From Raja brachyura (Eukaryota): DNA of 64,000 nt. Location: positions 30,132,001 to 30,196,000 of the forward strand of contig OY740781.1 in the NCBI GenBank assembly GCA_963514005.1, given 5' to 3'. The notes under the pieces were generated by a model. That model made no database searches. It worked only from the letters and a program-made list of their open reading frames with translations, and was not told the DNA's origin. The translations under genes were made by a program, and so were the position numbers. The stretch's first letter is position 1. Every line of letters starts with the position of its first letter. This document shows positions 1 through 11,917 of the stretch, piece after piece.

Positions 1-661
1 TCACTCCACCAGGGCAGCATCCACCCCGGCGGCTAGAAGGATGGAGGTACCACTGGGTCACATCCTGGCCACAGCGGGTTGGAACAATGAGAAAACCTTC
101 CACCGCTTTTACAACAAACCCGTGACCTCCCCTGACAATTATGCAGGGAGGATTTTAAGTGCTGCCAGATAAATAACCCTTATGGGACACAATATTGTGT
201 TTGGTATGAATAAATACCTGTTTTGTTTTTCAGCCAGTGTCTTGTCTGAATCACGTCCATCCTCTTATCCCAGCTTTAGCGGTGTGTGAGCATGGAGCTT
301 CCAGGGCATGAAATCACAGAGCTTTGAAATCTTCACGTAGTCACTCACGTGACTCCGAAGTAAAATAGTAAGATTAAACGAGAACTTACCAGTTTGAAGT
401 TTGATCTTTATTTTATGAGGTGTTACGATGAGGGATTACGTGCCCTCCGCTCCCGACCCTCTATTATAAAGATCACCTGGTATGAAAGTTCTCTTTTTTC
501 TCTTACTATGTCAGTCATTGTGACTGTTTGTTCTGTGATTTCACACCACTGCTTTGAAGAATGTCGCGCATGCGTGCTGGCGGGGTCTTCACGTAATCCC
601 TCATCGTAACACCTCATAAAATAAAGATCAAACTTCAAACTGGTAAGTTAATCTTACTATT
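1..661 (+). mobile_element. 3' end of DIRS1-like YR retrotransposon (recombinase end, internal complementary region, right terminal repeat)
   Basis: The recombinase ORF is followed by a perfect 60-bp inverted repeat (383-442 / 590-649), extended by ATAGTAAGATTAA (365-377) / TTAATCTTACTAT (648-660). This matches DIRS ICR/ITR architecture. Confidence 0.85.
2..172 (+). CDS. C-terminal end of DIRS tyrosine recombinase ORF (continues upstream of window)
   Basis: Frame from nt 2 reads HSTRAASTPAARRMEVPLGHILATAGWNNEKTFHRFYNKP...*. It contains the H-x-x-R motif, AGW and the likely catalytic Tyr (FxRFY) of DIRS-type recombinases; stop TAA at 170-172. Confidence 0.85.
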   Translation, partial: HSTRAASTPAARRMEVPLGHILATAGWNNEKTFHRFYNKPVTSPDNYAGRILSAAR

Positions 662-789
662 ACTGCTCCATACATTGACGATACATAATAGAGCAGAATA
701 GCAGATTTAAAGTCCAAAACTAATACTGCTCATTTAAAATGAAGGAGAAAATGCTCGAAATATTTAGAACAGGCGGTAACTGTGCAGGT

Positions 790-1204
790 CTAACGTAGGT
801 ATCTTTCTTATCCAGGTGATCAGGTATGATGTAGGACCAGGGAGATGGCATAAAACGTGGACCTGTTGTGGCAGTGGATGAACTGCAGTGGATTACGTTT
901 GCTTGGTAGGATTTAACCTGGTCCATAACTAGCTTCTCAAAACATTTCATGACGGTGGATGTCTGGGCCACAGGGCAGTAGTGATCAAAGCATGAGATCT
1001 TGCTTTTCTTTGGCACCAGGATGAAAGTCGTCCTCTTGAAGTAGGTGGTACCTCAGAACGGAGTAGGGAAAGATTAAAGATGCCCGTGAACACTCCAGCT
1101 GGTTGGTTGGCGCAGTTCCTAAGAATGCGGCCAGGGACTGTATCCAGGTCAGTTTCTTTCTGTGGGTTCACCCTCAGGCAGGCCGTTCTAACTTTTGCAA
1201 CTGT
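790..1204 (-). mobile_element. Rex1/Babar-type LINE RT fragment (3' part, split by L2)
   Basis: Degenerate VPGRILRNCANQPAGVFTGIFNLSL and PKKSKISCFDHYCPVAQTSTVMKCFEKLV motifs. Confidence 0.75.
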
Positions 1205-4200
1205 CAAGTCAAGTCAATTTTATTTCTATAGCAATTTAAAAACAACTGTCGTTGACCAAAGTGCTTTACATTAGTGCAGGTACTAACGTGCTACAAACAG
1301 TGGTACATAGATCAACAATACATACCTAGATACATACATATATACAGCGCTCCCACAGAGGCCCTCATGAAAGGCTTGAGAGGAGAAATAAGTTTTAAGT
1401 CTAGACTTAAAAGAGTTGATGGAGGGGGCAGTTCTGATGGGAAGAGGGATGCTGTTCCATAGTCTAGGTGCTGCAATCGCAGAAGTGCAGTCGCCCCTGA
1501 GCTTGCCTAGACCGCGGAATAGTCAGTAACCCCATGTCGGCTGATCTGAGGGACCTGGAGGTGGTGTGGTGCGTAAGCAGATTTTTGATTTAGGTGGGGG
1601 TAAGCCCGTTAAGGGCTTTGTATACATAAAGAATGAGCTTGAAATTGATTCGGAACCACACAGGGAGCCAGTGGAGAGAGGCCAGAATCGGGGTGATGTG
1701 GTCCCTTTTTCGGGTGCCCGTCAGGAGTCTTGCTGCGGTGTTTTGGAACAATTGCAGGCGGGACAGGGATGATTGGCTGATGCCAGTGTAAAGGGAGTTG
1801 CAGTAATTAAGCCAGGAGAAGATAAATGAGGGGATGATCTTTTTGAGGTCGTCAAATTGGAGGAATGGTTTTAATTTAGCTATCGTCCGAAGCTGGAAGA
1901 AGCTAGCTTTTACCACGGTATTGACTTGTTGTCAAATTTCAACGCAGAGTCAAATATCACACCAAGGACTTTGACATGAGGTTTGAGTAATTGGGTAAGG
2001 CTTCCAAGGCTGCCTGCTATCATTTTGATGGAGTCCGAGGGGCCGAGTAGGATGATCTCAGACTTACTCTCATTTAGTTGGAGGAAGTTCTGGGCCATCC
2101 AACACTTTATATCCTCGAGGCAGTGGATAAGGCTGAGTAGATTTGATTGGTTGTTGGGTTTCAGAGGGAGATAGAGTTATGTATCGTCTGCGTAGCAGTG
2201 GAAGGAAATACCGTGCCTTTGAATGACTTGGCCTAAGGGGAGCATATTCAGGGAGAAGAGAATGGGGCCTAGGATGGAGCCTTGTGGAACCCCGCAGCAA
2301 AGGCTGGCTGGGGAGGAGAAAGAGTTGCCTATGTTTGTAGAGAAACTCCTATCTTTGAGGTAGGAGACGAACCAGCTCAGGGCAGTGCCATCAATAACAG
2401 CCCCGTACAGGAGATGGTCAATTAGGATGGGGTGGTCGAATCAAATCGAATTGTATCAAATGCTGCGCTGAGGTCAAGAAGGAGCAGGATTGCACAGTCG
2501 CCGGAGTCAATGGTGAGAAGTAGGTCGTTATGTACCTTCAACAAGGCAGGCTCTGTGCTGTGGAGTGCCCTGAAACCTGATTAGAAAGTTTCCAGGATGG
2601 TATTTTGGTGTAGGTAAGGCATAAGTTGATTTAAAATTACCTTTTTAAGGACTTTTGAAAGGAAAGGCAGTTTGGAAATAGGTCTGTAGTTGCTAGGCAA
2701 GGTGGGGTCTGGGTTAGGTTTTTTCAGCAGGGGCTGGACCACCACATGCTTGAAGCAGGTAGGAACAGTGCCAGTGGCCAGAGAACTGGTGATGATGGCG
2801 AGGATGCTGGGACTGGCTATTGCAATGACTTCCTTCAGAAGGGCAGAGGGGACAACGTCAAGGGGGCAGGTGGCAGGTTTCATAGTGTGACCAGCTTTAC
2901 AAGCGAGGGTAGAGTAACGGGTTGGAAACAGTGTAATTTTGAAGAACAGACCAATGAGACAGCTAGGTCACGGATGGGAGGGGAAATATTAGTTCTGATG
3001 TTCTTAACTTTGCTGGTGAAAAATGTAGTCAATTCTTCACACTCAGTAGGGGACCCAGCTAAGCTGGTACTGGGGGCAGGACATATGATAGAGGTAATAG
3101 TACTAAAAAGGACCTTGGAGTTATGGCCGTTTTTGGAAATAAGGTCGGAAAAGTATTGTGTTCTCGCAGACTTTACTGCTTCCTGGTATTTGAGAAGATT
3201 GTTTCTCAGAAGTTCAAAGGAAATTTGAAGCTAATCAGGTTTATACTTCCGTTCTGATTTTCTGCACTCTCTTCTTAGGGCTCTGGTGGTGTCATTGAGC
3301 CAGGGCCAGCCTTTAGGCTTAGGCTTTTTCATTTTAAGAGGAGCAACAGAATCCAGGAAGGAAGAGCAAGTGGTATTGAATAAAGAAATGAGGTTGTCAG
3401 TGCTGAGATGGAGGGGAGACGCCTCGATGGTGCAGATGTCAGGGGTGGCTATGAGAGCATCAGAGAACTTACTGGCAGTCGAAGAGTTTATGTAGCGGGA
3501 GTAGCGAGCAGGGAGATGGGATTTTGAGGGAGAGAAAGGCAGAGATGCATCGAATATAATTGCACTATGATCAGACAGACAGGCATCAATAATTTCTGTA
3601 TTACAAATTTGGAGACCAGACGATAGCACGAGGTCGAGTGTATGGCCAAGCTTGTGCGTGGGTCCAGTGGTAAGTAGAGTCAGATTGAAGTACTCAACCA
3701 GGTTCATAAATTCACTCACAAGAGGCTTAGTGGGACAGCAGACATGAATGTTAAAGTCACCAAGGATCAGGACCCGGTCAAATTTGGGCAACAAACTAGC
3801 GATAAGATCTGCAAATTGTGAGATAAAGTCCTTATGCATTTTTGGTGGGCGATACACAAGAACAATATAAAGTGGACAGACTAGACCAACTATAATTAGT
3901 TGATGTTCAAAACTGGAAAATGATCAGCGTTCAGGAGGCAGCAGTTGAAATGTTTCTTAAACACAGCGGCTAGGCCCCCACCGTGACCGGAGAGACTATG
4001 CGAGCTGAAAAAGTTCCACGAGTGGAGCAAGCTCACCAGGATTAAGCCAGGTTTCTGTGATCAGTAGGAAGTCCAATCCACGTGCGGTGAAGAAGTAGTT
4101 GAGGATGAAGGTTTAGTTCAGCAAGAATCTCACGTTGATCAGGGCCACTTTAGCAGGGACTGCAGGTGAGTTGTGTTCCGGTAGCGGCTCCCACGCCAGC

Positions 4201-4403
4201 GGGCGGAGGTTCAGGGAAACCACGCCGCTGCGTTTCACACATGGCCTAGCTGGGAGCCCGCGGGCCGACAGACCGGGGACCGAGAAGATCGACCGGAGAG
4301 AGGCATCCCTGGGCCCGAGGGACCGCTGATGGATGGAGCGGTAGGGCCGACCAGATCCGTCTTCACAGCACTGGGCGGGGTAAGCTGATGTTGAACGGGC
4401 GCG
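1205..4403 (-). mobile_element. L2-clade LINE, decayed ORF2 (APE endonuclease + RT)
   Basis: Motifs YRPP..ILGDFNIH..GHTLDL..SDH, NYRPISKLPFLSK and LLTGTRKRDHITPILASLHWLPV; (TTGAC)n tail at ~1204-1217; stops and frameshifts present. Confidence 0.9.
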
Positions 4404-4550
4404 GTGACACTGAGAAAAGGCACACTCAAGTCTTGCGGGACGGATGGCATTGCCCTGTTGGCATTTTGCTCAAAGCGAGCATAAAATGCATTACGTTCAT
4501 CAGGGAGGGCCGCACTATCACCAGCGATGCTGCCTGACTTCGCTTTATCA
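4404..4550 (-). mobile_element. Rex1/Babar fragment (5' part of the element split by L2)
   Basis: Reads ..SAALPDERNAFYARFEQN..PSVPQDLSVPFLSV and joins TVAKVRTACL at ~1203 when the L2 is removed. Confidence 0.7.
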
Positions 4551-5113
4551 GTCAGTTATAGTATTCAGGCCTTGTCACAGTCTGCAGGTATCCGAATTAT
4601 TATACGGGTACTTAAGTTTGTCAGTAGTGGGTATATGGAATGAGCTACCAGAGGAAGTAATATGGACAGGTACCATAAGAACATTTAAAAGACATTTGGA
4701 TAGGTGCATGGATAGGACTGGTTTAGAGAGATATGGATAAAACGCAGGCAGGTGGGACTAGTGTAGATAGGGCATATATTTGAAATGGGCAAGTAGGGCA
4801 TAAGGATCTGTTTCCGTGCTTTGCGACTCTATGACCCCCAAGTCTGCCAGGGTTCTTTATCATTACATATCAACTGAGTGCATACACATCAGTGAATAAC
4901 AGATGAAAATGAATTTCACTGTAACATCTTTATTATTACCTAGCTGACTAATTGTTCCTGCCACATACAAAAAATGTCTGTTGAGAAAGATATCAGATGA
5001 AAAACACCTTAGAATAAATTATCACAAGGAAGTGGCATACTAGCTATCAATTGAGAAGCAACTGAAAGTAAGTAGATACTTGCAATTCCTACAATCAAAC
5101 ATAAAATACTTAC

Positions 5114-5256
5114 ATGCTACACCAGATGCTAATCCATATAGCAATCCATTTCCCTCAGAGGTCTGCTCAAAAATCTGAGTTGCTTGAGGTGGACACTTCT
5201 CTTGTCGAATGAAGTTGTAAAGTAATGTTTTGACAGTCCTGCTAGTGTTCTGAAGG
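5114..5256 (-). CDS. DYM: Dymeclin coding exon (143 bp)
   Basis: ttttcacAG acceptor, GTaagt donor. Encodes [48 protein letters not shown], recognisable against recalled vertebrate dymeclin ([24 protein letters not shown]). Confidence 0.95.
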
Positions 5257-5987
5257 CTGTGAAAAAAGGTGCGGGTGTGTATGGTTAAGGGAAGCGGAGG
5301 GAGAGGGGGGAAAAGAGAGAAAAGTTCATTTATCTACAAGCAATATCCCAATCTATTATTAATACACTAAAAAACAGTTTCTACTTGTTTGTACCTCCAC
5401 ATTTGCCAACAATCAGCCACACCAACACAAAAGATCAAGATTAATTAAGCACAAATCTAATCCATCGCAAAATAAGAGTTTCTGAAATTAACTCCGCTAA
5501 GTTAATAAAACAGACTGCATCCACTAAACTGTACATGAGCCCAGAATGAATAAATCACCATGGTGACTTCCTTCAACTGCACCCATTGTGTTCCTCAGCG
5601 TTTCTTAAAATTAATCTTTATCTTTCCATCAGGACTTGAACAGGCACTTGCTAAATATTTAACTGCTTGCTGATTTTTCAATAAAGCATTGTGTTTGAAA
5701 TATTTTGGTCTGATAGATATCCTGGCTAATAAATCCTTATTTTTTGTGACAAGCCCATTCTCTGTTGGATTAATAAACTAATGAATGCATTCTAAAATTA
5801 TCCAAACATGAATTTCATTCATGGAAGATTTCTATTTATATTATATTTGCTTATATGGAAATAAGTTTGAAAAAAAACGAACACAAATTTTATTTTCTAT
5901 CCTTTCTATCCAGATCACCAACTGTGTTCAAAGAATTCCTGGCCAGTAATGCAGTTTCTTAAATTTCTTTACTACAAATAATCCAGA

Positions 5988-6051
5988 GTTCTTGTTTGAA
6001 ACCTGACCTATGACCTTTGTGTTCTTGTTTGAAACCTGACCTACAACCTTT
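5988..6051. repeat. 33-bp tandem duplication
   Basis: GTTCTTGTTTGAAACCTGACCTA occurs at 5988 and 6021. Confidence 0.85.
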
Positions 6052-8142
6052 ACAAACTTACTTCAGAACACAGAGCAATTATACCTTGTAACATAAATCT
6101 ACATTTTAGCAATATTCAATATTATCTTCCTTGTAAAACAAGGTTTTCTGATTTTCTTGAACAATATGAAGGAAATTCATTCGGTTTAATGACAACAGGC
6201 TGAACAACATTCCTGAACATCCACTTTTAAAGAGTATTGGTAAAATTTCTTACCTGACATCTTGTAAACTAAGCAACAATTGATAAATAACCAAAATATC
6301 AATGTATTTGATAATTATTTTTTTTAGATTATCACTTCCATTGGAAAGTAACCTAGCCCTTGCAAATGACAGGCTACAGAGATGGGTAAGTGTGGACCTG
6401 GATCAAAAGATCACACTCCTCCCTCTTGCAACAATGCGGAGTATTTGTGCTCACTCCTTGACTGCACTGGTTGTCCCTTGGTTTTCTGGTTTTCTCACAC
6501 ATCCTCACGTCATCCTTTGGTTGTTGCCAAATATCACTGCATATAGATTAATGGCAACATCAAAAAGAATCATTGGAGAGTTGATGGGATTGTCTGCGAG
6601 ATTGTTTTTCAGTGCCCAGATAAATTAGGGTAATTGGGATTAATGGGATTGCTCATCTGTGACCAGGCGTACACCTTATCAAGTATTTCCACTTTGAAGG
6701 AAATTACCTGAAATTCGGAAAATTCTGGTTGTCTTCGGGTAATTTTAGGGAAATTGAATAATTTCAGGAAATTTCCGCATCTGGCCCACGAAGGGGTGTA
6801 AAGGTAATACACACACTGCCGGTTTGGCGCTTAAAGGTCTAAACAGAGCGCTGTCAGTTTAATGCGTGGGAATTTCAACAAAGAGCCGTCAGCTGTAGCG
6901 CTATGGATTCTAAATATAGCCCTACCGGCTGCAGCACTATGGGCTTTAAGCATAGCGCTACGGCCACAGCGCTATGGGTCACTGTGGGACTGTTTGGGAA
7001 AATTCTCGGATAACAATGAGTCTTTGGAATTTTCTTTCTCAGTGGAAGTTGAGCCTTTGATTATTTTTCAGGCAGTGGTAGAATTCTGGATAAGCCGAGT
7101 GCTGAAAGGTTACCAGTGGGCGGTGGGATTGCAGTTACATTGGGATTGGCCTTGATCTTACAGAACTGTGGGTGGGCTCAAGGGAAATTGAGGGAGAGAG
7201 GGCGAGGGGAGGGAGAGTGGGAGAGAGGGAGGGAGAAAGAGGGAGAGAGGGAGAATTTCTTTGTGTTGAAAACGTGTGCCCACAAATATAAAACAACAAA
7301 GAGCATGCAGGAAGCATTTTTGACAATTTCAGGAAATGCCATCAAATTCTAGGAAATTTGGGATTCTATTTCAGGAAAAAAAATGTTGAGGTGTAGGACT
7401 GACCTGATGGGCCAAGCAATCTTATTCTGTGTGATTATAAATATAAAATTATTTATTCCTGCTTTCGAGATATAAGCACCCGCAGATTTACTCCTCTCTG
7501 AAGAGTAACCGGATAGATGTAATGTTGATGTTTTCTGTAGCTGCAGTGTACAGAACCAGGAAGCAGAGCCTCAAAATAACAGGTCAGCCATTCAAGATAG
7601 AGAGAAATTAAACTTCTTCCCCAGAATGTCATGAATCTTAGAAATTCTCTACCCAATAACTGTGGAGGCTCAGTCACCGAGTATATTAAACACAAAATGA
7701 GATTTTAATATTAAGGAAATCAAGGGATATGGGGATATTGCAGGATAGTGCAAAGCGATATAAGGTCAGCAATTATCTTATAGACACGAGGGCAGAATGG
7801 CCTAAACCTGTCTGTTTTTTTCATGCTAAAAATTTAATATAAATACAAGTCTTTGCTGTCAGAAGCCAGGTATCATATGCAAGATATCGTGGTAGGAGAT
7901 GATAGTACGAAATAAATGAAACACGTTGTATAACCGTGTCGTCACATGGTTCCATTAAAAGAGCTTAAGATTGTTAATCAAATGATTTTGTCCTATAAGG
8001 GAAAGGAGTGAAAGGTAATGAAAAGATGATATATATCATTTTGAAGTTTATTTTATAAGCATAACATTGAAAATATTGCACTTAAACTGGAAGAGTTTGT
8101 GTTATTCCCCCTTTCAAAATAAAACTATTTATTAAACCCACA

Positions 8143-8912
8143 ATGGCCGCTTGTCCCTTCCTTCTTTGTTGTTTTTTAGTATGTTAAATTATGTTTTAGT
8201 GTTTTTTAGCTTGTTTTACGCTGGGGGTGGGGGGGGGGGGGGGGGGGGGTTGGCAGAAACTTTTAAAATCTCTTACCTTGACGGAGATGCTTTTTTTTTG
8301 CGTGTCGTATCTCCGTCCGCACTACGGCCTAACATCGAGGAGCTGGCAGCCTCTGCTGGAGACCGACTCTGGGAGCTCCAACTGCAGGAGCCTGCAGGAC
8401 TTAACATCGTGGAGCTGGTGATTCCTGTCAGGAATCGACCTTGGAACTCCAACCACTGGAGCCTGCAGACTTAACATAGTGGAGCTTGCGGTCTCTGGTT
8501 AGAGACCGACTTCAGGAGGCTCCAAGCCGCAGGACCTTCGACCGCCCTGATCACGGGAGCTTTGATCACCCCGACGCGGGAGTTTCGATTGCCCTGACAC
8601 GAGGGCTTTGGTCGCCGGCTGCGGGTGCTACGATCGCCCCGACATGAGGGCTTCGATCGCCATCTGCGGGAGCTTCGATCGCCCCAACTGCGAATGGTTT
8701 CACTGCCCCGACCGCAGTAGAATAAAGAGGAAGAAGATTAGACTTTATTGCCTTCCATCACAGTGAGGGATGTGGGGAATCTGCTGTGGTGGATGTTTAT
8801 GTGATCTTTTATGTAGTCGTGTGTCTTGTTGCTTTTTTTTTAGTATGGCTGTATGGCAATTCGAGTTTCACTGTACCTTAATTGGTACACGTGACAATAA
8901 ACTGACCTTTGA
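8143..8912 (+). mobile_element. Non-coding GC-rich non-autonomous retroelement with internal tandem repeats
   Basis: About 70-bp units starting AACATCG/ATGGAGCT, then ~22-bp GGGAGCTTCGATCGCCC units. 3' end TTTCACTGTACC..GTGACAATAAA resembles LINE 3' tails and the element at 19489. Confidence 0.6.
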
Positions 8913-11900
8913 ATTGTTTTGAGCTTTATTTGCATATTATATTTCAGAATTAGTTACAAATCATCCAGCAAATGCAATTTTGGAAAACTTATCTTAAAAG
9001 AATAAAGTAGTTTAACTTAAATGTGAAACATTACATTAAACATCTGTAAATACCTATATAGTGACCATTTTCTGTTGCTATGGCAAACAATGCTAAACAT
9101 AAGGAGGGTATTAGATCATGCTTCAAGTTCATTCTGCTCATCCATCAACTGTGGAAATTCCAAAGCTGGAAGTATCTAAATTTCAGAATGATCAGTCCTA
9201 AAAAAACATTTAAGTAATAGCTCATGACTTTTATTTGGAAGTTAGGGCTGACAGTTACATACTTTTTGAGTTGTGAAACTGTTGATGTAGTTACCTTCCT
9301 TTCAATGAATTAATTCCACATGACTGACACAGTCAAAAATAAGACAATGCCAAGAGCTTCCACTCCAAGTTACACTAATCCCCAGCAGCTTGCAAAGCCA
9401 TGTTGACATGTCCCACAACTTTGAGCTGATGATCAGCACACAAATCACTAAGTATCCTTCCAGATGCTTCTACTTCATTGGTTAATTGTTACCAAAGTGG
9501 ACCGGTTTAACCAGTGTTTTGCCTAACAAGAATGGCAGATAAAATAGCAAATATAACACATAGCAAGGTTTACCAAGATTACATATAACGAACCAGCATT
9601 AATCCACAGATAAATGGTGGCATTGCTGGGTATTATTAATTAATTCAGTAATGTTAACATCTTTATTACCCTCTAATTACCCTGTAATCCAGATAGCATT
9701 CTGGTAAAAGGTAGAAACAAGGAACCGCAGATGCTGGTTGAAAAATCTAGCATTCTAATGAACCTCCTCTGCACCCTTTCCATAGCCTCCACATCCTTCC
9801 CGGATTGTGGTGACCAAACTACTCTAATTGTGGCTTAAGCAAAGTCCTATAAAGCTGCATCACGACTTCCTGACTCTTAAACTCAATGCTCCGACCAATG
9901 AGGACAAGATTAGACTGACAATTCATCCTCACATTTTAAGAAAAGCACATTGCACTGACCAGAAAGTGGGTAAATCTCCGATGTGGTAAAGCTTGCATTT
10001 AAATATACTTTAACGTTCAAAACCTCTCTTTCATAATGTACAAGCTAATATATCAATGCTGTGGGAATGGGAAAATGTGCCAAAGTATTCTGCAGTTTCA
10101 GTCGCAAATTTTCTTACATAAGGTTCAATGTAAAATGTAGCTTCAAAAACATTCAGTAAACGACATGGTATTTAATGTTAACGGTTAAATACTTTTTAAA
10201 ATAAATTCAGGCAATAAATCAGCAGAACAATCGGCACCATTGCCAAGGATACCAGGCTTATTCATTATGGAAAAATGAATGGAATTGCAGAATAAATACT
10301 CCTCCCAAACCAAAATAATTGAAAAAAAATGAAATCCATCTCTGGTGATTGGTTATAAATGCTGATAAAGTAAGTCATTATAAATTCTTGTCCTCCCTAG
10401 CCACTATTTTTTCTATCCTACCACAACACAGAATAAGACTGTCTGAGTGATCCATCCCATGTCAAAATAAATATTCAATAATGACATTTTATTTTAAAAA
10501 ATTGAATCTGCAATTTGGCCACTGCTCGTGTTTAAGCTTTAACAACTAATAATCTTTGTGCATATCACTCACACACCATAAACCTTTAATAGAGATCCTT
10601 ATGTTCCAACAAGTCAAGGATTTGTGTTTATAATAAAGCAACATGCTGTAGACGTCCTCGCGTTGTGTAAACACTCTGTTTAATAATTAACCGATACAGC
10701 CCGTTGGTTACGTGCGCATCAAGTTAATATTTTACTACTACCGAGCCGTCGCTCGTGAGCACCGAGTTACACTCCAACCGCCAATCCTTCCAATTCCAAC
10801 TGCCGCCTTTGAATTCCAACCGCTTAACGGCCCGCCACCCTGACTGCGTGATTGGTCAGCCCAGATCACGCCCGGTCCACATGAGAGTCCAGCTCAACCA
10901 ACGACGGTTCGATACCAAAATGGCTCAGGCCGCCACAATGCTAGCTATTTCAAAAGGCACAGTCGATTTGTTTTATGATATTCACATGACACAGTTCTAA
11001 AAACTGGCATCCAAACCCACCTATTGCATTTCATCTACAGCCATTCTTCCATTCCCACCCTAGGCAAAATGCATAGTGGTCATTGCAGTACAGCGTTTTC
11101 ATATGTGTAATTCATAGCTTCGTAAATCAAAGCGAGGTGCCCAAAACAGTTCATGGTTCCCGAGTGAAAATTTGCAAATCACAGAATTACTGCTTTCTTT
11201 TTTTCAGATCTGGGCATTGCAGTATTGCCCATTCTAATCACCCTGGTGGTGGTGGTGGTAAACCAACTTCTTAAATTGGTTCAGGCTTTCTGATGAAGAT
11301 GCTCTCTCAAGCGCTGTTGAGTAGAATGTTCCAGGATTTGACGCAGCAACAATGTATGACTGCAGACATACTTCCAAATCTTGGTGTGCAACTATGAAGG
11401 AATCTACTGAAGATGGCATCCCCACATTTCTGATGCCTTTGTTGTTTTGAATGGTAGAAGTGGTTGATTTGGGATATGTTGTCAAAGTGGCCTAAATAAG
11501 TGGCTCAAGCAAATTGCTGGATGTTACTGCCAATATGAATATTGCTGAGGTGTTGTTTTTGGTGTTGAGTATTATTGGAGTTGCACTCATCCGTGTAAGC
11601 GGAGAAGATTCCAACACATTCCTGATTAGTGCCATGTAGATTGTGGATAGGCATTAAGGTCTTAGGCAATTAGTTACTTGCCTGAGAATACTTCACCTCT
11701 GATTTGGTCTTGAAGCTATTGCATTTATGTGATTGTTTCTGCTGAATTATAGCCAATTCTAACACACGGAACATGCAAAAGAAAGTCAGAGTGCTATTTA
11801 CCCACCCCAAAGTGTTAAAAATGGGAAACTCCACTGTGAAACATTCTCTGTCAGAAGTAGAAACAAGGAAGTTTAACAACGTTAACAAAAAGAGACACAA

Positions 11901-11917
11901 AGCACTGGTGTAACTCA

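Noticed and set aside
394-638. Two opposite-strand ORFs with identical N-termini (MKFDLYFMRCYDEGLR)
   Set aside because: By-product of the DIRS inverted repeat; not genes.
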